Assembly: GCA_963823035.1 (NCBI GenBank)
Contig: CAWGKG010000004.1
Span: forward strand, 416,001-480,000
DNA: 64,000 nucleotides
From: an uncultured Gemmatimonadales bacterium
GTDB taxonomy: Bacteria; Gemmatimonadota; Gemmatimonadetes; Longimicrobiales; Gaopeijiaceae
Direction of reading: 5' to 3'
Shown here: positions 43,707-55,081 of the stretch, one piece after another
Layout: every line of letters begins with the position of its first letter
Position numbering within the stretch: position 1 is the stretch's first letter
Translations under genes and position numbers: made by a program
Notes under the pieces: generated by a model
The model's input: only the letters and a program-made list of their open reading frames with translations
What the model was told of the DNA's origin: nothing
Databases searched by the model: none

Positions 43707-43976
43707 GTTGAACAGGTAGGCGTAGACCGGGGCCTGGTGCTGCTCGTACTTCAACTGCGCCATGTGCTGCACGTTGTTCCGGTTGCTCAGACCCTGGGCC
43801 CCGTAGGACAGAGTCCGGATGGCCTTTTCCGGATGCGCCTTCTTCATGGCGCCGATGAGTGCCGTGGCCTTCTCGTCACCCAGGGACTCGGCGAGGGTCT
43901 GACGCCACTCCTGCTCGGTCGGGTTGGAGAGGAACCGCATGCCTTCCTCGGTCACCGAGCCGATCAGCATCGGCAC
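43707..43976 (-). pseudogene. Internal fragment of a type-B carboxylesterase
   Basis: VPMLIGSVTEEG...APVYAYLF resembles the C-terminal half of COesterases; no N-terminal half, GESxG serine or catalytic His region present. Confidence 0.55.
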
Positions 43977-44124
43977 GCATTCCCCACCGCCTTGAGCTGC
44001 CGCGAGCGGCAGGAGCCACAACCCGATCCCCTCGTCGGTGCGCCTCCGGTGGTGTCGAGGAAGGTCGCAGCCCGGGGGGGCCGGGCTTGCTCGCGCGCAC
44101 GCGCCCGCCGCATGTTCGCGCCCC

Positions 44125-44357
44125 ATGGACGACTATCCGAAGTACCGCTCCCACTGGATCCCGCGCACGCGCGACGGGCGCATCGCGACGGTGGCGTTCC
44201 TCCTCCTGTTCGCGCTGGCCATGCCGCCGTTCACGCACCGGTGCTCGACCGCATCTACCCGACGATCCTGGGGATGCCCTTCCTCTACGCGGTCCTCCTC
44301 TTCGTCTACGTCGCCCTCATCGGAGTCCTGATCTGGGCGCTCCGGCGCGGCGTGTAG
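44125..44357 (+). CDS. Small two-TM symporter accessory protein (DUF3311-like), frameshifted
   Basis: FLLLFALAMPPF and RIYPTILGMPFLY; immediately precedes an SSS gene. Confidence 0.7.
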
Positions 44358-44370
44358 CGGGGGCCCGCCG

Positions 44371-45862
44371 ATGGAGCCCTGGGTCGTCTCGACGAGCCTG
44401 ATCTTCGTCTACCTCCTCTTCACGCTGGTGCTGGGGATCGTGGCGAACCGGCGCATGAGCGTCGACATGGAGGACTTCCTCCTCTACGGGCGCAAGGCGG
44501 GCTTCGTCGTCCTGTACCTGACCGTGGTGGCCACCTTCCACTCCGCGTTCGCCTTCCTGGGATCGGGCGGCTTCTTCTACACGCACGGCATCGGCTTCTG
44601 GGCGGCCGGCACCTGGACCGTGCTGGTGGGCGCGATCACGTACGTGCTCGGCACGCGCATCTGGGCGCTCGGCAAGGCGTTCGGCTACATCACCCCGGCG
44701 GACATGCTCGCCGACTTCTACGAGTCGGAAACCGTGCGCGTCGCGGTGGCCGTGGTCTCGGTGGTGTTCACGATCCTCTACATCCAGGTTCAGGCGAAGG
44801 GGCTCGGATACATCATCAACGTGGCCTCGGGCGGGCGCATCTCCATGGAGATCGGCACGTTCGTCCTCCTGGCCGTGGCGGCCGCCTACCTCATGGCGGG
44901 CGGGCTGCGCGCCGTGTACTGGACCGACGTGCTCCAGGGCATCTGGATGTACCTCGCGGTGTGGATCGGTGCGATCGTGCTCTCCTACGAGCTGTTCGGC
45001 GGCCCGCTCGAGCTGTGGCACGCCGTCGAGGCCGCGCACCCCGAGCTGCTCACCCTCCCGGGTCCGCGCGGGTTCTTCACGCCGGGGATGTGGGTCGGCA
45101 TGACGATCACGCTCTCCTTCGGCATCGTCTTCCAGCCGCACATGATGATCCGCTTCTACACGGCCGTGGACGCGAAGACGCTCAAGCTCCTCGGCGCCAC
45201 CACGCCGATCTACCTGATGACGCTGTACATCCCGGCCGCGCTGGTGGGGCTGGGCGGGGCGGTGGCGCTGCCCGGGCTGGAGATCCCCGACCAGATCTTC
45301 CCCGAGCTGCTCTTCCGCTACTCCCCGGCCTGGCTGACGGGCCTCATCCTCGCGGGCGCGACCGCCGCGGCGATGTCGACCCTCGACTCGATCCTGCACG
45401 CGAACATGACGGTGCTGACCCGCGACGTGTACCAGCGCTACGTCGCGCCGGAACGATCGCAGGCTCACTATGTGTTGGTGGGTCGCGTGATCGTGGTCGC
45501 GCTCCTGATCGTGGGCTACTTCCTGTCGGTGAAGACGTTCGGCTTCCTGGTGACGCTGGTGACGCTGTCCGGCTCGGGCGCGCTCCAGCTCATGCCGGCG
45601 ATTCTGGGGGTGTGTTTCCCCGGCGGGAGGGTGCTGACGAGGGACGGGGTGCTCGCGGGACTGGCCGCGAGCATGGTGACGCTCTACGTGACGCTGGTGG
45701 TGACGCCGCACCCGCTCGGGATGCACGGCGGGCATCTGGGCGCTGCTCGTGAACGCCATCGTCGCGGTGGCGGTCTCCGCCGTGACGGAGAAGCCGTCCG
45801 CGGATACGGTGCGGCGCGTCCACGGCGAGGTGGAGCGATTCGTCTACGGAACGGAGGAGTGA
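44371..45862 (+). CDS. Sodium:solute symporter family protein
   Basis: SAFAFLG, YITPADML, GGLRAVYWTDVLQG, PHMMIRFY, AAAMSTLDS; frameshift near 45735. Confidence 0.92.
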
Positions 45863-45867
45863 CGGAA

Positions 45868-46795
45868 ATGCGGACGGCGCGCGGACGACTCGACATGGCG
45901 AGGCCCTGGGTCCCGGTCCTCGGCGTGATGGCACTGACGATGGTCTGCCGCCCCGGGGTCGCGCAGCAGATGCGTGCGGGGCCGCCCGAGGTCGGTCCGG
46001 AGCACGGCTCCCTGGTGGTGGTGGGCGGCAACATGCGCGACCCGGAGATCTACCGGCGCTTCATCGAGCTGGCCGGCGGACCGGACGCGCCGATCGTCAT
46101 GATCCCCACGGCCGGGGGCGCCGAGGAGTACGACGCGTTCTATCAGGGGCTGGTCGCGTGGCGGGAGAACGGCGCGCGCAACCTGATCGTGCTGCACACC
46201 ACGGACCGCAAGGTCGCCGACACGGAGGCGTTCGTGGCGCCGCTGAAGACGGCGCACGGCGTCTTCTTCTTCGGGGGGCGGCAATGGCACCTCGTGGACG
46301 CGTACGCGGGGACACGCACCGAGACCGAGATCCGCAACGTGCTCGAGCGCGGCGGCGTGATCGGCGGCTCGTCCGCGGGGGCCTCGATCCAGGGCTCGTT
46401 CCTCGTGCGCGGCGACACCGAAGTCGAACGAGGTCATGATGGGCGACCATCAGGTCGGCTTCGGATACCTGAGGAACGTCGGCATCGACCAGCACGTGCT
46501 GCGCCGCAACCGCCAGTTCGACCTGATCGAGGTGGTGGAGGCGCACCCCGAGCTGCTCGGGATCGGGCTGGACGAGAACACGGCCATGGTCGTGCAGGGC
46601 GACATGGCGGAGGTGATCGGCGCGTCCTACATGCTCGTCTACGACAACCGGAAGACCACGGGCGACGGCGGGAAGTTCTACTTCCTGGCGCCGGGCGACC
46701 GCTTCGACCTGGCGAAGCGTGAGGCCGTACGGCCCGCGCAGACGATGCGCCCCGTGGAAGGGCCGCGGACCCTCCCCTGGGGTGCGGGGCGATGA
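45868..46795 (+). CDS. Exported cyanophycinase-like peptidase (S51), frameshifted
   Basis: LVVVGG, IPTA, FFFGGRQ, GGSSAGASIQG, IDQH, IGLDENTA; N-terminal signal peptide. Confidence 0.88.
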
Positions 46796-47787
46796 GCGCA
46801 GCCCGGCCGGGCGTGCGACGCCGGCGCGCGTCCGTCGGGTCGATCGCGGCGGCGATCCTGATCTCCGCCTGCGCCGAGCGTCCTCCCGAGCCGATCCCCA
46901 TGGACCCGGCGCAGCACGCCGCGGCGGTCCAGGCCTTCGCGGACGCGCGCGTCGCGGAGCTGTCCGCGCCCGACTCCTGGCTGTCGCTGATCGGGCTCCT
47001 CTGGCTTTCCGAGGGTGAGAACACCGTCGGCTCCGCGCCCGACAACGACATCGTGCTGCCGGCGAAGGCGGCGCCCCGGGTGGGCACGCTCACGGTCGAC
47101 GGGACCGACGTCCACTGGCGGACCGCGGCGGGCGTCACCGTCACGATGGGCGTGGACTCGACGCTCGACATGTCGGCCGGGTCGGGCGCCATCCCCCCGG
47201 ACGTGTCGGGTGATCCCGCGGTCACCGAGGCCGACCTCTCGGAGAGCCCGGGCGAGGGGAAATTCGTGGTGCTCCGCCACGGCGACCTCAACTGGATCAT
47301 CATCCGTCGGGGTGACCGCATGGCCGTGCGCCTGCGCGACAACGCGAGCGCCATCTACGACGCCTTCCACGGCATCGACCGCTTCCCGACCTCGGAGGCA
47401 TGGCGGGTGACGGCGCGCTGGGTGCCGCACGACAAGCGGGTCGCGGTGCCCAACGTGCTCGGGACGGTCGCGGAGGTGGCGTCGCCCGCGGCGCTCCACT
47501 TCTGGATCGACGGCCGGGAGATGACGCTGGACGTCCCCGGCGGGGAGGAACACGGTCGCTACATGCTCGTCTTCGCGGACTCGACGAGCGGGCGCGAGAC
47601 CTACGGCGGCGGTCGCTTCCTCTGGATCGACGGCCCCGACGCGGAGGGTCGCGTGGTGGTCGACTTCAACATGGCGTACAACCCTCCCTGCGTCTGGACG
47701 GAGTTCGCGACCTGCCCACTTCCCACGAAGGACAACCGACTCCCCGTGGCCGTGGTGGCGGGGGAGAAGAACTGGGCAGCACACTGA
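46792..47787 (+). CDS. DUF1684 lipoprotein
   Basis: Lipobox ILISAC; WLSLIGL, FADSTSGRETYGGGRFL, DFNMAYNPPC, CPLP, VVAGEK. Confidence 0.9.
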   Translation: MSAARPGVRRRRASVGSIAAAILISACAERPPEPIPMDPAQHAAAVQAFADARVAELSAPDSWLSLIGLLWLSEGENTVGSAPDNDIVLPAKAAPRVGTLTVDGTDVHWRTAAGVTVTMGVDSTLDMSAGSGAIPPDVSGDPAVTEADLSESPGEGKFVVLRHGDLNWIIIRRGDRMAVRLRDNASAIYDAFHGIDRFPTSEAWRVTARWVPHDKRVAVPNVLGTVAEVASPAALHFWIDGREMTLDVPGGEEHGRYMLVFADSTSGRETYGGGRFLWIDGPDAEGRVVVDFNMAYNPPCVWTEFATCPLPTKDNRLPVAVVAGEKNWAAH

Positions 47788-47803
47788 GTCGAGGATTCCA
47801 ACG

Positions 47804-50800
47804 ATGAAGACGACGCGGCCGTCCGCGCTCCTCCTGTTTCTCGCGACCACCGCCGCCGCGCCCCTCCGGGCGCAGGAGGCCCGACCCTTCCTCTACCAGC
47901 CGGCGCCGAGCCCGGACGGCTCGGAGATCGCCTTCGTCTCCTCCGGTGACATCTGGGTGGTGCCGGCCGCGGGGGGCGATGCGCACCTCCTGGTCAGCCA
48001 CGAAGCGGACGAATCGAGGCCGCTGTACGCGCCCGACGGGACGCGGCTCGCGTTCGTCTCGGATCGCGACGGCGACGACGACATCTACGTGCTCACGCTC
48101 GCCACCGGCGAGGTGCGCCGCCTCACGTGGGGCGACGGCGCGGAGGAGCTGGACGCCTGGTCCCCCGACGGGAGGTGGATCTACTTCGCCGACGGACGCG
48201 GCGACCCGGACGGGAAGGCCGACGTATGGCGCGTGTCCGCCGGCGGTGGCACGCCGATGCGCGTGCTCGCGGACCGCTTCGCCCCCGAGTTCCATGCGGC
48301 GGTGTCGCCGGACGGGCGCACGCTGGCGATCGCCGCGGTCGCGGGGATGGCGCAGTCGCAGTGGTGGAGGCACGGCCACGCGCACATCGACGAGTCCGAG
48401 ATCTGGCTCGCCACCCCCGGCGAGCCCCCCTCGTACCGCAAGCTCTCGGAGAGCGGCTCCAAGAACGTCTCGCCGATGTGGTCGTCGGACGGGTCCACCC
48501 TCGTCTACGTCTCGGACCGCTCGGGCTCGGAGAACCTCTGGAGCCAGGCGACGGGGGGCGGCGAGGCGCGCGCGCTCACGAACTTCCGCGACGGGCGCCT
48601 CCTCTTCCCGACGGTCTCGGCGGACGGGCGCACGGTCGCCTTCGAGCGGGACTTCGGCATCTGGCGCATGACGCTGCCGGACGGTCGCGCCGAGCGCGTG
48701 GCGGTGACGTTGGACGGCGCACCGCAGCGCACGGGCATCCAGCACCTGAGCCTCACGAGCGGCTTCGGCGAGCTCTCGCTCTCGCCCGACGGGAAGAAGG
48801 TGGCGTTCATCGCGCGCGGCGAGGTGTTCGCGGCGTCGGCGAAGGACGGTGGCCAGGCCACGCGGGTCACGCGCACGCTCGCACCCGAGGAGGAGGTGGC
48901 GTGGGCGCCCGATTCCCGTCGCATCGCCTACACGTCGCGTCGGTCGGGGAGGCCGAAGCTCTTCCTCTACGACTTCGGGAGCGACGAGGAGCGGGCGCTC
49001 ACGACCGGGAACGGCTCGGACGTGACGCCGCGCTTCTCCCCCGACGGCGCGAAGGTGGCCTACGTGCGCGACGGACGGGAGGTCCACGTGCTCGACGTGG
49101 CCTCGGGCAGCGACCGCCGCGTGGCCGAGGGGCAGCTGTGGGGGGCGCCGTTCACGCTCGCCGAGCCGCTCGTCTGGTCACCCGACGGAGCCTGGCTCGC
49201 CTACTTCGCCACGGACGCGCACATGTTCACGAACGTGTGGGTGGTGCCGTCGGACGGCGAGGGTGACCCCCGCCCGGTGAGCGAGCTGGCCAACTCCTCC
49301 GCGTCGTCGATGGCGTGGTCGAAGGACGGGAAGACGATCTACTTCGACACGCAACAGCGCACGGAGAACGGGGAGCTCGCCCGCGTCGACCTCGTGCCGC
49401 GTACGCCGACGTTTCGTGAGGACCGCTTCCGGGACCTCTTCCAGGAGGAGAAGAAGGGCGGGGGCGCCGATTCCACGGCGGCTGCCGGCGAGGCCCGGGA
49501 CTCGACGACGCGCGTCGTCTTCGAGGCGGTGCGGCGGCGGCTCGAGCTGCTTCCAACGGGCGTGGACGTGGGCGCCATCGCGCTCAGCCCCGACGGGAAG
49601 ACGCTCGTCTTCACGGCCGCGGCCGAGGGCCAGCAGAACCTCTACGCCTACAGCGTCGACCCGGAGCGCGACGAGCCGGCCGTGACGCGCCAGATCACCT
49701 CCACCCCCGGCTTCAAGAGCCTCCCGCGCTTCACGCCGGACGGGAAGGAGGTCTACTTCCTCGACCGCGGGCGGATCCGGGCGGCCAACGTCGCCTCCGG
49801 CGACGGGCGGGCCGTGGCCGTCACGGCCGAGCTGGACGTGGACTTCGACCAGGAGAAGGTGGAGGCGTTCGACGAGGGATGGACCTACCTGCGCGACGAC
49901 TTCTACGACGCGGCCTACCACGGCGCGGACTGGCAGGCCGTGCGCCGGACCTTCGAGCCCTACATCCGCGGCGCCGGGACGCGCGCCGAGTACTCCCGCC
50001 TCATGAACATGATGGTCGGGGAGCTGAACGCCTCGCACCTCGGCCACGGCGTGCAGGGCCCGAGCGGCCCGAGCACGGGCGAGCTGGGGGTGCGCTTCGA
50101 CCGGGCGACGTACGAGTCCTCCGGGCGGCTGCGCGTCACCGAGGTGGTGCACCTCGGCCCGGCCGACGTGTCCGGGGAGATCGCGTCCGGGCGACTACAT
50201 CCTCGCGGTGGACGGCACGGACGTCGGCGCAGACACGAACCTCGACCGCCTCCTGCAGGGGAAGGTGGGCGACAAGGTCACGCTGCGCGTCGCCGCCGAC
50301 GCCTCGGGCGCGGGCGCCCGCACCGTGACCGTGCAGCCGATGTCGGCCGGTCAGGAGCGCCAGCTCGCATACCGGGACTGGGTGGAGGCCAATCGCGCCT
50401 ACGTCGACAGCGTGAGCGGCGGCCGGCTCGGCTACGTGCACATGGCCGACATGGGGTGGGGCTCGTACCGGCAGCTCGTGGAGGACCTCGACGCCGCCAA
50501 CTTCGGGAAGGACGGCGTGGTCATCGACATCCGCAACAACCACGGCGGCTTCGTGAACGCGTACGCGCTCGACGTCTTCGCGCGCCGCGGCTACCTGACC
50601 CTGGAGATCCGCGGCTACCCGGAGACCCCCGCGCGCAGCCTCCTCGGCCAGCGGGCGCTGGAGAAGCCGACGGTCCTGGTCGTGAACCAGCACACGCTCT
50701 CGGACGGGGAGGACTTCACGGAGGGATACCGAACGCTCGGGCTGGGGGAGGTGGTGGGCGTGCCCACGGCCGGATGGATCATCTACACGTGGGGGCTCCA

Positions 50801-50984
50801 GCTCGTGGACGGCTCGTCGCTGCGCATGCCCCGCTCGCGGGTGCGCGGGCACGACGGCCAGGTCATGGAGCGTAATCCGCGCCCGGTGGACGTGGAGGTC
50901 GTGCGGCCGATGGGCGAGAGCTACACCGGCCGCGACAGCCAGCTCGACGCTGCGGTGCGTGTGTTGACCGGGGGTGGACGGTAG
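47804..50984 (+). CDS. Tricorn-like S41 protease, frameshifted near 50190
   Basis: Many SPDG/PD40 repeats, GELNASH, PDZ-like segment, GYVHMADM, IDIRNNHGG, SDGEDF, DSQLDAAV. Confidence 0.92.
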
Positions 50985-51005
50985 CGCACGCCGGTCGCCG
51001 GCGGC

Positions 51006-52391
51006 TCAAATCCAGAAGCGGATGAAGTGGCGGTGGAGGCGGGGCTCGTCCCCGTCGTCCGCCGCGCCGCTTCCGGGTGGCGGCGGGGCCTCGAACACCT
51101 CGAGAAGGTGCGCGCCGGACGTCAGCGCCTCCGTCGACAGGTACGCCACGAGCCCGTCGATGCTCGCCCCGGTCCCCGCATCCAGCACCCAGTCGGGACG
51201 CACCGGATTGCCGTCCAGGCGCACGGTCCACAGCCCGGCCAGGCAACCGATGAGGGCCTCTTCCTCGCCCGGCCCCGGTGGCGGATCCGCGAGCGACGTG
51301 CCGATGGGACCGCGGCGGCTCAGCGTCGGCAGCGTGGGACAGCGCTCCCGCATGCGCGCGGCGTCCCGGCGCGCGACGAACGGAAGGCGCAGGCGCACGT
51401 ACGGGCCCTCCACGACGTCGGACTGGATCGTGGGGAGGCCCCGGCTGGCGGCGATGTTGGACGCGCTCTCGTAGTAGCGCCCGTCGGCGGTGGCCGACCC
51501 CGGGCGCGTCGGGAAGGCCTCCGATGCGGAGACGACCAGGTCGCCCGAACGCACCTTCTCGCCGCCGACGAAGAGGCCGATGAGGACCACGAACACGCCC
51601 CCGAGCACGCCCCACATCGCACGCCGGCGCAGGTTGCTGAAGAGCGTGAACTGGATCGGCATGAGCAGCGGGCCGGCGAACAGCAGATAGTTGGCGCGCA
51701 GCACGGCCCGAAGCAGCCGTGCCGGGCGGCCCGCGCCGTCCAGGCGCGCGCCGAGCAGCCGGTCGATGCCGACGGCCAGGAGCGGCACCGCCACGATCGC
51801 CAGGAGCAGGACCCACCACACCGTGCCCAGCGCCGCGCCCGGGAAGACCCAGCGGCGCAAGCCGAGCGCGCCTAGACCGGCCAGGGCCGCCACCGTGCTC
51901 GACAGGACGAAGAGGAGCACGATCCAGAAGGCGAAGGAGAAGATCGTGCTGCCGAAGTGGTCCGCGCGGCGAGCCATCGCGGGTAGGGTGCGGAAGGCCT
52001 CCTGGTAGGTACGCTTGGCGATCGGTCCGTAGCGGATCCGTTCCCAGCGGATCCCGTCGGGGAAGACGGAGTCGAGCCCCAGGAGCCCGACCCAGTAGGC
52101 GCGCGCGATGATGTGGACCGCGAAGGCGCCCACCAGCGTGAAGACCATCAGCTTGGCGTAGTACCAAACCACGAACACGGTGGTGAAGTACGGGCCGCTC
52201 AGGCTGAGCGCGATCGAGTCCCACCATGCGTCGAGGTGGCTGGGGACCTGCGTGAGGGCCACCAGCATCCCGCCGGAGATGATCAGCTCCACCTCGCCGG
52301 TGAGCTCGTGCAGGCGACGCGCCCACGCGCGGTCGGGGTCGTCGGGTGCGGTGTCCGGCGCGGCGTCGGAGGTCGTTTCTGGGCTTTGCAT
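51006..52391 (-). CDS. Hypothetical multi-pass membrane protein
   Basis: Intact 461-aa ORF; ELIISG, HIIARAYWVGLLGL..VFPDGIRW; about six TM segments plus a soluble C-terminal domain. Confidence 0.75.
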   Translation of the reverse strand: MQSPETTSDAAPDTAPDDPDRAWARRLHELTGEVELIISGGMLVALTQVPSHLDAWWDSIALSLSGPYFTTVFVVWYYAKLMVFTLVGAFAVHIIARAYWVGLLGLDSVFPDGIRWERIRYGPIAKRTYQEAFRTLPAMARRADHFGSTIFSFAFWIVLLFVLSSTVAALAGLGALGLRRWVFPGAALGTVWWVLLLAIVAVPLLAVGIDRLLGARLDGAGRPARLLRAVLRANYLLFAGPLLMPIQFTLFSNLRRRAMWGVLGGVFVVLIGLFVGGEKVRSGDLVVSASEAFPTRPGSATADGRYYESASNIAASRGLPTIQSDVVEGPYVRLRLPFVARRDAARMRERCPTLPTLSRRGPIGTSLADPPPGPGEEEALIGCLAGLWTVRLDGNPVRPDWVLDAGTGASIDGLVAYLSTEALTSGAHLLEVFEAPPPPGSGAADDGDEPRLHRHFIRFWI

Positions 52392-52464
52392 GGCCCCATT
52401 CTTGGCGCACCTACCCTCCCCGCGCTACCATGGGCGGCCTGCCCACCGTCACCGGAGCGCGCCC

Positions 52465-52791
52465 ATGCCGCACGATCCCGCCGCCAACGCCCGTCGGCGC
52501 CCCTCGGTCACCGACCCGGAGGCCCGTGCGCATCAGCAGGCGTACTGGCGCACGAACGTGCGCTACGTGTCGCTCCTCCTGGTGGTGTGGTTCGTGGTCT
52601 CGTACGGCTGCGGCATCCTCCTGGCGGAGCGGCTGAACGCCTTCCGGATCCCGGGCACCGGCTACCCCGTGGGCTTCTGGTTCGCGCAGCAGGGGAGCAT
52701 CTACGTCTTCGTGGTGCTCATCTTCCTCTACGTCTGGCTGATGAACCGGCTGGACCGGGCCTACGACCTCGACGAGGTGGACGAGGGATGA
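52465..52791 (+). CDS. DUF4212 symporter small subunit
   Basis: YWRTN, WFVVSYG, GFWFAQQGSIYVF, MNRLD. Confidence 0.9.
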   Translation: MPHDPAANARRRPSVTDPEARAHQQAYWRTNVRYVSLLLVVWFVVSYGCGILLAERLNAFRIPGTGYPVGFWFAQQGSIYVFVVLIFLYVWLMNRLDRAYDLDEVDEG

Positions 52792-54509
52792 ACGTCCAGT
52801 CCTGGACGTTCGTCCTGGTCGCCGCGTCGTTCGCGCTCTACATCGGCATCGCCGTGTGGACGCGCGCCGGCTCCACGCGCGAGTTCTACGTGGCGGGTGG
52901 AGGCGTGTCTCCGCTCGCCAACGGGATGGCCACGGCGGCCGACTGGATGAGCGCGGCGTCGTTCATCTCGATGGCCGGGCTCATCTCCTTCATGGGCTAC
53001 GACGGCTCCGTCTACCTCATGGGATGGACGGGCGGCTACGTCCTCCTCGCGCTCCTGCTCGCGCCCTACCTGCGCAAGTACGGCGCCTTCACGGTGCCCG
53101 ACTTCGTGGGGGACCGCTACTACTCTCAGGTCGCGCGCGTGGTGGCCGTGGTGTGCGCGATCTTCGTCTCGTTCACGTACGTGGCGGGTCAGATGCGCGG
53201 CGTCGGCATCGTCTTCTCACGCTTCCTGGAGGTGGACGTCACCACGGGCGTGGTCATCGGGATGACGATCGTCTTCTTCTATGCCGTGCTCGGAGGGATG
53301 AAGGGCATCACCTACACGCAGGTGGCGCAGTACTGCGTGCTCATCTTCGCCTACATGGTGCCGGCGATCTTCCTCTCGCTCCTGATCACGGGCCACGCCA
53401 TCCCGCAGATCGGGCTCGGCGGCGTCGACCAGGGCTCGGGGCAGCTCCTCCTCGAGCGGCTCAACGGGCTGCACCAGGAGCTGGGCTTCGCCGAGTACAC
53501 GTCCGGGACGAAGTCCACGCTGGACGTCTTCATGATCACGGCGGCGCTCATGGTGGGCACGGCGGGGCTGCCGCACGTGATCATCCGCTTCTACACGGTG
53601 CCACGCGTGCGCGACGCCCGCCTGAGCGTCGGGTGGGCGCTCGTCTTCATCGCCGTGCTCTACACGACCGCGCCCGCCGTGGCCGTCTTCGCCCGCACGA
53701 ACCTCCTGGCCAACGTGGCCGGCCGGCCCTACGCGGAGGTGCCGGAGTGGTTCCACAACTGGGAGGCCACCGGCCTGATCGGCTTCGAGGACAAGAACGG
53801 CGACGGCCGCATCCAGTTCGTGGGTCCGGCCGCGCGCGACGCGGCCGGGGCGCCGATCGCGAACGAGCTTCGCATCGACAACGACATCATGGTGCTCGCG
53901 AACCCCGAGATCGCCGGCCTTCCCGCGTGGGTCGTCGGGCTGGTCGCCGCCGGCGGGTTGGCCGCCGCGCTGTCCACCGCGGCGGGGCTGCTGCTCGTGG
54001 TGTCCACGGCGGTGAGCCACGACCTCCTCAAGCGGGGGCTCCGTCCCGACATCTCGGAGAAGGGCGAGCTGGTGGCCGCGCGCATCGCGGCGGGGGCGGC
54101 CGTGCTCGTGGCCGGATACCTGGGCGTTCATCCACCCGGGTACGTGGCGCAGGTGGTGGCGTTCGCCTTCGGCCTCGCCGCGTCCTCGTTCTTCCCCGCG
54201 ATCATCCTGGGGATCTTCTCGAGGCGCACCACGCGCGAGGGCGCGATCCTGGGCATGGTGTCCGGCATCACTTTCACGGCGTCGTACATCGTGTGGTTCA
54301 CGCTCGTGCATCCGGAGCTGAACGACGCCACGCATTGGTGGTTCGGGATCTCTCCGCAGGGGATCGGCACCGTGGGGATGGTCCTCAACTTCGTGGTGAC
54401 GTGGACGGTGTCGCGCTTCACGCCGGAGCCGCCGGCCCACGTGCGGGTGCTGGTGGACCTCATCCGCGTGCCGCGCGGCGCGGGCGTGGCCCACCAGATC
54501 GACGGCTGA
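52788..54509 (+). CDS. Cation/acetate symporter ActP-like SSS transporter
   Basis: NGMATAADWMSAASF, GGMKGITYTQVAQY, GTAGLPHVIIRFYTVP, GLAAALSTAAGLL. Confidence 0.92.
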   Translation: MNVQSWTFVLVAASFALYIGIAVWTRAGSTREFYVAGGGVSPLANGMATAADWMSAASFISMAGLISFMGYDGSVYLMGWTGGYVLLALLLAPYLRKYGAFTVPDFVGDRYYSQVARVVAVVCAIFVSFTYVAGQMRGVGIVFSRFLEVDVTTGVVIGMTIVFFYAVLGGMKGITYTQVAQYCVLIFAYMVPAIFLSLLITGHAIPQIGLGGVDQGSGQLLLERLNGLHQELGFAEYTSGTKSTLDVFMITAALMVGTAGLPHVIIRFYTVPRVRDARLSVGWALVFIAVLYTTAPAVAVFARTNLLANVAGRPYAEVPEWFHNWEATGLIGFEDKNGDGRIQFVGPAARDAAGAPIANELRIDNDIMVLANPEIAGLPAWVVGLVAAGGLAAALSTAAGLLLVVSTAVSHDLLKRGLRPDISEKGELVAARIAAGAAVLVAGYLGVHPPGYVAQVVAFAFGLAASSFFPAIILGIFSRRTTREGAILGMVSGITFTASYIVWFTLVHPELNDATHWWFGISPQGIGTVGMVLNFVVTWTVSRFTPEPPAHVRVLVDLIRVPRGAGVAHQIDG

Positions 54510-54510
54510 G

Positions 54511-55042
54511 GTGCGTCCCGCACGCGGAGTGCCCAGAGCCGGGGTGCGCGAGCCGCTCGCCGTGGGCGCGCTCCTCCTGAGCGGCCTTCTGGCGCTCGAT
54601 GCGTGCGGCGGAGGCCGACCGCGGCCGGACCGCGGCGGAAGCGACGGACAGCGTGGACGTGCCGGTGGTGATCCCGGTGCCGGAACCGCTGGAGGCATCC
54701 CCCGAAGCTCCGCTCGAAGAAACGGAATGGAGGCTGGTCGCGCTGCCGGGGGCACCCGATCCTCCCCAAGGAGCGCGGGCCACGCTCGTCTTCGCGCACG
54801 AGGGGGGCTTCGTGCGCGGCAACACGGGGTGCAACGACTTCGACGGATCGTGGGAGATGGCGGGGACCCGCCTCACGCTCGGCCTGGGTGAGATCGGCCG
54901 TGCGTCCTGCGCGCCGGAGGTCGCGCGGCTCGAGACGGACTACCTGGAGGCGCTCCGGCGCGCGGGGAGCTACCGTTTGCGCGGGGACACGCTCGACCTG
55001 CTGGGGGCACAGGGCGTCGTGGCCCGCTTCGAGGCACCGTAG
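54511..55042 (+). CDS. META-domain lipoprotein, frameshifted
   Basis: Lipobox LALDACGG; LEETEWRLV, GNTGCNDFDG, ETDYLEAL. Confidence 0.85.
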
Positions 55043-55081
55043 GGCGCGCCGAGGACACCGCGGGACCCGGGAGGTGGGACG

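Noticed and set aside
44371..46722. Apparent symporter-cyanophycinase fusion ORF (783 aa)
   Set aside because: A frameshift near 45735 bypasses the natural symporter end (...FVYGTEE*, 45862); the peptidase has its own start and signal peptide
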